Part shown: positions 1-6,591 of the stretch, in pieces | Layout of the letters: every line of letters begins with the position of its first letter | How positions within the stretch are numbered: position 1 is the first letter of the stretch | DNA from: Candidatus Liptonbacteria bacterium | GTDB lineage: Bacteria; Patescibacteriota; Minisyncoccia; UBA6257; 2-01-FULL-56-20 | Length of the DNA: 45,268 nt | Direction of reading: 5' to 3' | Assembly: GCA_016204355.1 (NCBI GenBank) | Contig: JACQKT010000016.1 | Span: forward strand, 1-45,268 | Program-made: the position numbers and the translations under genes | Notes under the pieces: model-generated | Database searches by the model: none | Seen by the model: the letters and a program-made list of their open reading frames with translations, nothing else | What the model was told of the DNA's origin: nothing

Positions 1-26
1 GCTCGATCATCGCCTGACCTCCTTCG

Positions 27-212
27 TCACGGCCTGTGAGTTCCTGGCGCTGGACCAGCCGGGGATATAGGCCGAAAACGCGCCCGCCCGCCCGCCCGCC
101 GGGGTCTTATTTTCAATATGCCGGCGTCGACAAAAGATATCCTTCCGTTATTTTTTTTAACGACGCCGTAGCCGATTCGCGATGTTCCGGGGTCGATTCC
201 TAATATCGTCAT
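27..212 (-). pseudogene. ruvC: RuvC Holliday-junction resolvase; only the N-terminal ~35 aa is recognisable, then the frame runs into GC-rich non-RuvC sequence at the window edge
   Basis: MTILGIDPGTSRIGYGVV...GIL matches the RuvC N-terminal ILGIDPG catalytic-Asp motif. From about nt 107 leftwards the translation is RPRRAGGRARF... across a (GCCC)4 run, with a stop at 27. Confidence 0.5.
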
Positions 213-265
213 AGTTATCGGTTTTGGTTGTGGGCGCCGGTTCTACTGGTTGCCAAAACTAAACC
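213..265. repeat. Imperfect long-hairpin intergenic element, copy 1 (paralog at 5519-5601)
   Basis: AGTTATCGGTTTTGGTTGTGGGCGCCGG (213-240) differs from 5519-5546 at 3 of 28 positions. The distal arm TACTGGTTGCCAAAACTAAACC resembles 5579-5601 and is partly complementary to the first arm. Confidence 0.6.
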
Positions 266-798
266 TGAGCCCCTTTTGCATTCGTATAAATTTCCTGCAC
301 GTCGCTGTGTTCGTCCAGTTTTTCTATCAGGGAACCGAGCTTTTTCCCGTCGCCCTCGCCGAGTTCCTGAGGAAACTTCGGTTCGAACCCCTCACCCTTT
401 TCTTCGAAGGCCCATCGCACGCTTCCCGGTTCGGCCCATTTCGCGCCGCCGTCGCTCAGAATTTTTTTTATTTCCGCGATAGTCCTATTCTTGCTGTCGG
501 TTACCGCTTCTATCAAAATCGCCGCGCCGCCAGGTCCATAGGCTTCCATTATCAATTCTTCAAACGCCACACTGGGATCCAACGCCTTTTTGATTGCGCG
601 CTCGATGTTGTCGGCTGGAACTTTTGCATCCTTGGCTTTCTGAACGGCGGTGCGCAGCCGCGGATTGAAGTCCGGATTCGGCTCGCCGCGGGCGGCCGCC
701 GTTACCGCGGTCAGAAGCTTGGAAAAAATCTTCCCGCGCTTTTGGTCTGTGATTTCCTTTTTGTGTTTTATTCCCGCCCAATGCGAATGTCCTGACAT
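259..798 (-). CDS. yebC: YebC/PmpR-family transcriptional regulator (short form, 180 aa)
   Basis: MSGHSHWAGIKHKKEITDQKRGKIFSKL... is the canonical YebC N-terminus. The start was moved to the ATG at 798 because the upstream part of the ORF-track frame translates a tandem repeat. Confidence 0.85.
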   Translation of the reverse strand: MSGHSHWAGIKHKKEITDQKRGKIFSKLLTAVTAAARGEPNPDFNPRLRTAVQKAKDAKVPADNIERAIKKALDPSVAFEELIMEAYGPGGAAILIEAVTDSKNRTIAEIKKILSDGGAKWAEPGSVRWAFEEKGEGFEPKFPQELGEGDGKKLGSLIEKLDEHSDVQEIYTNAKGAQV

Positions 799-805
799 AT
801 TTGTT

Positions 806-868
806 GGAATAATGAATAACGAATTATGAATAATGGTGAATAGAGAATTATGAATAAAGAATAATGGA
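806..868. repeat. GAAT/ATTC-rich tandem repeat directly upstream of yebC
   Basis: GAATTATGAATAATGGTGAATAGA / GAATTATGAATAAAGAATAATGGA form two ~24-nt units. On the minus strand this is a run of ATTCAT/ATTCAC hexamers ending about 8 nt before the yebC ATG. Confidence 0.6.
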
Positions 869-876
869 CTACAATT

Positions 877-907
877 TTTTATCAAATCAGACTTTTATCA
901 AATCAGA
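877..907. repeat. 15-bp direct repeat TTTTATCAAATCAGA x2 (1-nt spacer)
   Basis: Exact copies at 877-891 and 893-907. Confidence 0.8.
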
Positions 908-936
908 ATTATGTCAACCGGCAAAAATTCGACTGT

Positions 937-972
937 TATGCTATAGCATAGCACTGTGATGCATCACAGTGC
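937..972. repeat. Two abutting perfect palindromes (14 bp and 22 bp)
   Basis: TATGCTATAGCATA (937-950) and GCACTGTGATGCATCACAGTGC (951-972) each equal their own reverse complement. Confidence 0.85.
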
Positions 973-997
973 CTACCAAAAATGGCCTTAATCGAAT

Positions 998-1044
998 AAA
1001 AAAATTCCCCGGAAGACACAAGCACTGCGCTTGGCCTCCGGGGC
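998..1044 (-). terminator. Rho-independent terminator of the lipoprotein operon
   Basis: Minus strand: CCCCGGAGG ... CTTCCGGGG stem followed by AATTTTTTT, lying 27 nt after the stop at 1071. Confidence 0.65.
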
Positions 1045-1070
1045 ATTACTTGAAGTTACTAGCCGGTCGG

Positions 1071-1730
1071 CTAGTAACCGCTACCTATACCTACGTTGAT
1101 GATCTGCCAGCCGCCGTTCCCTCTGATACTGACGGAGAACGTGACGACCCTGACCGTCTGCAGTCCGCCGAAGTTCGATGTCGGCTGTTCCCTCGTTACT
1201 TTCACGGAGTACTCGCCAGGGAAGAAGGCGATGTCAGCACTGGACTGATATGGCAGCAAACGGATTTCCGGTTGACCTCTTATTTGAATCCGTACCACAT
1301 TCGGCGATTCGTTTACGAATGTGACAACAGTCGGGTCATTGGCCAACCCATAATCCATTCCGCTCGCCGCCGCGACATAAGTCCGTCCCGGGGATGGGAC
1401 TGCAGCGGGAGAATCCGCTTGAGGCGGGAGCGCTCCGGGTGGCGAAGGCGGCGTTCCGGGCGGCGTCGGTGCCGGTTGTGTGCGGTAATTATAGTTGTGA
1501 ACCGTGACAACGGAACCGAATGCCGGCACAGGCCGACCTTCCTTGTCTTTCTCGCTCTCGAAGCCGAGCCACGGTTTCCCTTCATACGTTATCGTCCCCG
1601 CGCATCCGCCCAGCATTATCATGATGGCCGCGGCGAGCGAGAACGTGGCGGTTCGGATTCGCATTCCCTCATTGAAGTCGAACAGCCATGCACCAATCCT
1701 CGGGAGATAGAAAAGCAGAAGTTTGTCCAT
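1071..1730 (-). CDS. Hypothetical lipoprotein (Pro-rich linker, beta-rich C-terminal domain)
   Basis: AAGGAG SD 4-5 nt before the ATG at 1730. It has a signal-like segment and lipobox ...AAAIMIMLGGC-AGT, and a PAPTPPGTPPSPPGALPP linker. No family recognised. Confidence 0.6.
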   Translation of the reverse strand: MDKLLLFYLPRIGAWLFDFNEGMRIRTATFSLAAAIMIMLGGCAGTITYEGKPWLGFESEKDKEGRPVPAFGSVVTVHNYNYRTQPAPTPPGTPPSPPGALPPQADSPAAVPSPGRTYVAAASGMDYGLANDPTVVTFVNESPNVVRIQIRGQPEIRLLPYQSSADIAFFPGEYSVKVTREQPTSNFGGLQTVRVVTFSVSIRGNGGWQIINVGIGSGY

Positions 1731-1743
1731 AACTCTCCTTTCG

Positions 1744-2364
1744 TCAGAACGGTAATTGAATCTGAATCAGTGGCAGCACCGCGTCGGGAATGTTCACTCC
1801 GGTTTGCAGCAACCACCCCCAATGGCGCCCGCTGTACCAGTAAGAAGTCGGGTTGTTGCCGAGGCAAATGGAAGCCGTCTGGCTCGGCAAATCCACGCGA
1901 TACTGTCCGTACAGCAGATGCCAGGCTTTGTAGAACGGGTATATTTCAACCCGATAACATTGCCCCACTTCCGGCATCGTCCGTATCCAGTACTGCGGGT
2001 AAGGCTGTCCGTTTGCCGACAGCAAATGCCTGTCGGCGCCGTTGATGTAAACCTGTTCGACAAGACGGTTCGCCTTGTCGTAGATGAACAGGTTCATTGG
2101 GGCGGTCCCGGTATTAATGACTAACCCGACACGCGGGTCCTGATTCCGCAGAGGAAACTCCTCCGCGGCCGTCCGCGGCTTGGCCGGGTCGGACAAACCG
2201 GCGCAGCCAGTCATTCCCCCCAAGACAAATGCGGCGACAACGATAACCATCCCGACTTTTTCCCCCCATTTCGAAAACCAGTTCCAAAAAGCCGGAATGA
2301 ATACGGTGCCCATGACACCGCTTATTGCGACTAGTGCGAACAACGGAAAATTGAAGCGAATCAT
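1744..2364 (-). CDS. Hypothetical membrane-anchored/lipoprotein-like protein
   Basis: AAGGAG SD before the ATG at 2364. An N-terminal TM is followed by a second hydrophobic segment with lipobox-like VLGGMTGC-AG. It lies 13 nt upstream of the next gene, so it is read as an operon. Confidence 0.6.
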   Translation of the reverse strand: MIRFNFPLFALVAISGVMGTVFIPAFWNWFSKWGEKVGMVIVVAAFVLGGMTGCAGLSDPAKPRTAAEEFPLRNQDPRVGLVINTGTAPMNLFIYDKANRLVEQVYINGADRHLLSANGQPYPQYWIRTMPEVGQCYRVEIYPFYKAWHLLYGQYRVDLPSQTASICLGNNPTSYWYSGRHWGWLLQTGVNIPDAVLPLIQIQLPF

Positions 2365-2447
2365 AGCATCTCCTTCCCTCGCCTATGGCGAGACAACCAG
2401 TTATTAAACCCCGTTTTTCAACGGGAACGTGTAAATTTCCTGCCCAA

Positions 2448-2476
2448 ATTATATATTTTATTGATTAATTTGTCAA
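2448..2476 (-). promoter_or_regulatory. Consensus sigma70-type promoter for the lipoprotein operon
   Basis: Minus strand reads TTGACA-17 nt-TATAAT exactly (plus-strand tgtcaa 2471-2476, attata 2448-2453). An ~80-nt leader contains CCCGTTGAAAAACGGG and CTCGCCATAGGCGAG hairpins. Confidence 0.7.
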
Positions 2477-2531
2477 TCCATGGGCAAAAAATGCCTTGTA
2501 AACGAATACCCCCCGTCATAAACTGCCTTTA

Positions 2532-4217
2532 ATGTTCGGAGCCAAGCAGCAGGACGCTCTCCAGAAGAAGCTGGGTGACATGCGCCGCGAAGCGGAGGAA
2601 CGCGCCGCGGAACGCCTCGCCGGGAAGCTTAATCTTCAATATATAGATCTGAGAATCACGCCCGTCAGCATAGACGCCTTGAAACCGATACCGGAAGAGC
2701 TGGCAAAGGACGCCATGGCCGTGGCGGTCGAAACCAAAAAAAATCATGTGGCCGTTGCCGCCACAGACCCCGGCTCGCCGCAAACCGGGAAAATAATCGA
2801 AAAACTCAAGGCAGCCGGATTCGAAACAAGGGTGTTCACCGCATCAAGAAGCGGAATCGAAAAAATTTTGGAATCGTACGCTTTCGTCCCAAAGGAGAGC
2901 AAAGAAATAACCGGCAAAGTGGAAATTTCTCCGGAGCGCCTCGAAGAACTCGCCAAGCGTCTGACCACGATTCAGGAAGTCAGCAAAGAAATGGGCAGCG
3001 TCGATTTCGACGACGTGAATACGACTCTGCTTCTCGAAATAGTTCTTGCTGGCGGTTTGGCCGTGGGCGCGTCCGATATACATTTCGAGGCGGAAGAACA
3101 GAAGGCGAAAATAAGATTTCGTCTGGACGGAATTCTTCACGACATTTTCGGAAAACTTCCTCTTCGCAATTACGAACATCTTGTTTCGAGAATAAAACTG
3201 CTCTCCAATCTTAAAATGAACGTGCACGACCAGGCGCAGGATGGGAGGTTCACCATAGAAATGACAAAAAAAGAGGTAGAGGTAAGGGTATCAACCATTC
3301 CTTCCGAATTCGGGGAGACAATAGTCATGCGTTTGCTCGACCCGGACGCGACGACTGTTCAGCTGGGCGAGCTGGGCCTGCGCGAAGACGACCTGGAAGT
3401 AGTAGCGCGCCAATTGAAAATGCCGAATGGTCTTATCCTGAATACGGGACCGACGGGCTCCGGCAAAACGACGACCCTCTACGCCTTTTTGAGGAAAGTC
3501 GCCAAGCCGGAGGTGAAAATAATAACCATCGAAGACCCGATAGAATATCGCGTCGAGGGGATAGAACAAACACAGGTTGACCCGGAAGCCGGGTACGATT
3601 TCGCGGATGGGCTGCGTTCGATAATGAGGCAGGACCCCGACATAATTCTCGTCGGAGAAATACGCGACCGCGATACCGCGGACATCGCTCTGCAGGCGGC
3701 ACTGACGGGACATCTCGTTTTCTCGACGCTTCATGCCAATGACGCGGTGGGCGCGGTGCCGCGCCTTGTCGATCTCGGGGTAAAAACCAGCGCTATAGGT
3801 TCCGCGATAACGCTGGTTATCGCGCAGCGGCTTGTAAGGAAACTTTGCCAATATTGCAAAGTCGAATCGAAAATACCGCCGGAACTGATACAAAAGATAA
3901 AAAAATTATTGGACAGACTTCCGCCTAACGCAGACAAGGGAAAATACAATAAGACTGTTATTTACGAACCCACGGGCTGTTCAAAGTGCAACAATTTCGG
4001 ATACAAAGGTCGCGTGGGAATTTTCGAGTTTATGGAAAACGGTCCGGATTTTGAAGAAGCAATTTCAAAAGACGCTTCGAGAACCACACTCAGAGAACTG
4101 GCGAAGAAACAGGGCATGATAACGATGCAGGAAGACGGAATCCTTAAAGTTCTCGAGGGACTTACGAGCTTCCGCGAGGTGGAAGACGTAACCGGGTCGT
4201 TGGAGTCGGAAAAGTAA
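2532..4217 (+). CDS. pilB: GspE/PilB-family type II/IV secretion (type IV pilus assembly) ATPase
   Basis: Walker A GPTGSGKTTT, the MRQDPDIILVGEIRD box, LTGHLVFSTLH and the C-terminal CxxC...CxxC tetracysteine motif. Confidence 0.9.
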   Translation: MFGAKQQDALQKKLGDMRREAEERAAERLAGKLNLQYIDLRITPVSIDALKPIPEELAKDAMAVAVETKKNHVAVAATDPGSPQTGKIIEKLKAAGFETRVFTASRSGIEKILESYAFVPKESKEITGKVEISPERLEELAKRLTTIQEVSKEMGSVDFDDVNTTLLLEIVLAGGLAVGASDIHFEAEEQKAKIRFRLDGILHDIFGKLPLRNYEHLVSRIKLLSNLKMNVHDQAQDGRFTIEMTKKEVEVRVSTIPSEFGETIVMRLLDPDATTVQLGELGLREDDLEVVARQLKMPNGLILNTGPTGSGKTTTLYAFLRKVAKPEVKIITIEDPIEYRVEGIEQTQVDPEAGYDFADGLRSIMRQDPDIILVGEIRDRDTADIALQAALTGHLVFSTLHANDAVGAVPRLVDLGVKTSAIGSAITLVIAQRLVRKLCQYCKVESKIPPELIQKIKKLLDRLPPNADKGKYNKTVIYEPTGCSKCNNFGYKGRVGIFEFMENGPDFEEAISKDASRTTLRELAKKQGMITMQEDGILKVLEGLTSFREVEDVTGSLESEK

Positions 4218-4233
4218 TTTAAAAAACAAAAAT

Positions 4234-4381
4234 CGCCTCAGATCTGGGGGCTTTCCCTTGGAAGGGATTGGATAGACTCTTTTAATAAAATTAAAAGAGG
4301 TTAGAATTACCCACGAGGATAGGCCTCGCCGAGACCAGGCCGTCCTATCGTAAAATAATTCGCGCCCCCAGGTCTGAGGCG
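4234..4381 (+). ncRNA. Candidate structured RNA (or MITE-like element) closed by a 17-bp helix
   Basis: CGCCTCAGATCTGGGGG (4234-4250) pairs with CCCCCAGGTCTGAGGCG (4365-4381). The single non-Watson-Crick position is U-G on the plus-strand RNA but C-A on the minus strand. The interior contains a perfect 10-bp hairpin, CTCTTTTAAT-AAA-ATTAAAAGAG (4277-4299), plus further stems. Confidence 0.35.
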
Positions 4382-4514
4382 GCTTACATCAACGGGTTGC
4401 AAAATCGTCGATTTAAGTCCTGACATGTTAGCACAAGATTTTTGTTTTGTCAAGCCTAAGATTTTAACACTGCTTTGAGCGTTTTTATAAACCTTTTTCT
4501 TCATGAAATAAAAA

Positions 4515-5516
4515 ATGAGCGACAACAATCCGACTTTTTCAAAAGAAGATATTACCATAGACCAAGCTTTGCGACCCCTGCGCTGGGAGGAATATTTCGG
4601 ACAGGATAAAATAAAAAATAATCTGCGGATAATCATTGAAGCCGCGCTGAAGAGAAAGGACTCTATGGATCATATTCTTCTTTGCGGACAGGCCGGTCTT
4701 GGCAAAACGACGCTTGCCTATCTTGTTGGCAAGGAGCTGGGCTCCAACGTAAAAACCACTTCCGGTCCGGCTCTGGAAAAACTCGGAGATATGGCGGCGA
4801 TTTTATCCAACCTCGAATCGGGAGAAATACTTTTCATAGATGAAGCCCACCGCATCAACCGGCTCATAGAAGAAGTTTTATATCCGGCGATGGAAAGCAG
4901 GAAACTGCATCTGGTGGTTGGAAAAGGCCCGACCGCGCGGAGTTTCAGCATAGACCTACCGCCGTTTACCCTTATTGCCGCGACAACAAGGGAAAACCTC
5001 TTGTCCCAGCCGCTACGCTCGAGATTCGGAGCGATATTCCGTTTGGATTATTACAATCTCGGCGACATAAAAGCCATACTCAAACGCTCCGCCGAAATTT
5101 TGGGAATAAAAATAACGCCGGAAGCAATCGAGGTTTTGTCCAAAGCTTCGAGAGCGACGCCGCGAGTAGTTAACCGCCTTTTGAAACGCGCGCGTGATTA
5201 CTCGGAAGTGCATGGTCAGGCAATTGTAGACGAAAAAATAGCGAAAAAAACGCTTGAAATGATAGATATAGACGAAGCGGGACTCGAACCGCAGGACAAG
5301 CGTCTTTTGGAAGTCATAATCAACAAATTCGGCGGCGGCCCGGTCGGCGTCGGAACTTTGGCAGCTGCGCTTAACGAAGACAAGGGCGCTATCGAAGACA
5401 TTTACGAACCATATCTTATGACACTCGGTTTTCTGAAGCGTACTCCCGGCGGGAGAATAGCCCTGCCGGCCGCTTACGATCATCTCGGGATAAAAAGAAA
5501 AGGAGAATTGCTTTGA
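4515..5516 (+). CDS. ruvB: Holliday junction branch-migration helicase RuvB
   Basis: LRPLRWEEYFGQDKIK, Walker A GQAGLGKTTLA, Walker B LFIDEAHR, sensor TTRENLLSQPLRSRFG. Confidence 0.95.
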   Translation: MSDNNPTFSKEDITIDQALRPLRWEEYFGQDKIKNNLRIIIEAALKRKDSMDHILLCGQAGLGKTTLAYLVGKELGSNVKTTSGPALEKLGDMAAILSNLESGEILFIDEAHRINRLIEEVLYPAMESRKLHLVVGKGPTARSFSIDLPPFTLIAATTRENLLSQPLRSRFGAIFRLDYYNLGDIKAILKRSAEILGIKITPEAIEVLSKASRATPRVVNRLLKRARDYSEVHGQAIVDEKIAKKTLEMIDIDEAGLEPQDKRLLEVIINKFGGGPVGVGTLAAALNEDKGAIEDIYEPYLMTLGFLKRTPGGRIALPAAYDHLGIKRKGELL

Positions 5517-5518
5517 AC

Positions 5519-5601
5519 AGTTATTGGTTTTAGTTATGGGCGCCGGATAGGTTAAAACCGAAAGGTAAATACCAACAATACTGGCGGCCAAACCCAAAAC
5601 C
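5519..5601. repeat. Imperfect long-hairpin intergenic element, copy 2 (paralog at 213-265)
   Basis: AGTTATTGGTTTTAGTTATGGGCGCCGG ... TACTGGCGGCCAAACCCAAAACC. The arms are mutually complementary with mismatches, and the loop is about 30 nt longer than in copy 1. Confidence 0.6.
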
Positions 5602-5615
5602 AAAGACCAATTAAA

Positions 5616-6176
5616 ATGATCTATATCAACGAGTGGCTTCCGAATCCGACAGGCGCCGATAGTAACGGCGAATGGATTGAGCTTTTCAATTCCGGCAACG
5701 AGACAGCCAGTTTGGATAAATGGCATCTTGTCGCTGGCAACGGGAAAAAGTTCGTTTTGGGCGGGAAAAGCATCGGAGCAAAAGACTATCTCCTTTTGAA
5801 TAGGACGGAAACCAAACTGACACTGAGAAACCAAAACGACTCTCTTTTTCTTTACGACGGCAGCGGAAAGCTCGCCGACCAATCGTCGTTTATGGGCAGC
5901 GCTCCGGAAGGAAAAAGTTTTGCCAGAAGCGGGTATGAAACCGGAGAAGCAACGAGTTTTGTTTTTACCGCGCCGACGCCAGGCGCAGAGAACAAAATCG
6001 TCAAAGAATTTTTGGCTGCGGAAACCTACGCGTTCGGCAGGCCATTGAACGAAATTTTCGGCAACGCCGACGTTTTCTGGCTGGCGCTATTCGTCGGCCT
6101 GATTTATCCTTTTCTAATACTTGCGATAATAAAGAAAAATGAGTACCTATCTGAGCTCTTCTTTGGCCGCGACTGA
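5616..6176 (+). CDS. Lamin-tail-domain (LTD) protein with C-terminal TM anchor
   Basis: INEWLPNPTGADSNGEWIELFNSG...L..W.L is the LTD signature. C-terminal hydrophobic stretch FWLALFVGLIYPFLILAII. Confidence 0.75.
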   Translation: MIYINEWLPNPTGADSNGEWIELFNSGNETASLDKWHLVAGNGKKFVLGGKSIGAKDYLLLNRTETKLTLRNQNDSLFLYDGSGKLADQSSFMGSAPEGKSFARSGYETGEATSFVFTAPTPGAENKIVKEFLAAETYAFGRPLNEIFGNADVFWLALFVGLIYPFLILAIIKKNEYLSELFFGRD

Positions 6177-6591
6177 AAAATTCGCGAGAGGTCTCGCCGA
6201 AAAAATATCAGGGAAAAAACCCGGCAAAAAAGCGGTTATCGTAGCGCTTGCCGGGGAACTCGGCGCCGGCAAAACCGCCTTTGCAAAAGGATTCGCTTCA
6301 GGCCTGGGGGTGAATGGAAGGATATTCAGCCCGACTTTCATTTTGATGAGGAAAGCGGGAGTAAAAAACAAAAAATTCAGGGATTTTTTTCACATCGACG
6401 CTTATCGTGCTACCGACAAAAACTTCCTGAAACTCGGCATCCGCGAAATAGCAGAGGACCCGAGAAACATAATCCTCATAGAATGGGCTGACAAACTAAA
6501 AAGGATATTGCCCAAGTCTGCGATATGGATAAAGTTTGAGCACGGCAAAGGAGAGAACGAGAGAATTGTTACAGTGAATAAAGAATTATGA
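6139..6591 (+). CDS. tsaE: tRNA t6A37 biosynthesis ATPase TsaE
   Basis: GELGAGKTAFAKGFASGLG ... SPTFILM ... HIDAYR matches the TsaE P-loop and downstream motifs. The start is uncertain because it overlaps the previous ORF by 38 nt. Confidence 0.8.
   Translation: MSTYLSSSLAATEKFARGLAEKISGKKPGKKAVIVALAGELGAGKTAFAKGFASGLGVNGRIFSPTFILMRKAGVKNKKFRDFFHIDAYRATDKNFLKLGIREIAEDPRNIILIEWADKLKRILPKSAIWIKFEHGKGENERIVTVNKEL

Noticed and set aside
969-2045. 358-aa plus-strand ORF spanning the lipoprotein region
   Set aside because: The translation is Arg-rich and low-complexity (RRERSGWRRRRSGRRRCR...) and has no SD. The opposite strand carries two ORFs with strong SDs, signal/lipobox features, a consensus promoter and a terminator. 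It is a shadow ORF.
4234-4381. Assignment of the structured element to SRP RNA, 6S RNA or a hammerhead ribozyme
   Set aside because: There is no GGAAGCAGC-type SRP domain IV motif, no CUGANGA...GAAA hammerhead core (only CUGAGGC), and it is too short and differently branched for typical 6S RNA. It is kept only as an unclassified candidate.
5013-5882. 289-aa minus-strand ORF antisense to ruvB and the LTD gene. Similar long antisense ORFs occur at 11428..12471, 13418..14293, 16420..17115, 18671..19441, 26131..26613, 27096..27848, 32151..32945 and 41449..42330.
   Set aside because: All lie opposite confidently identified conserved genes. They are rich in F/R/S, as is typical of antisense translation, and have no motifs or SD. 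They are shadow ORFs.
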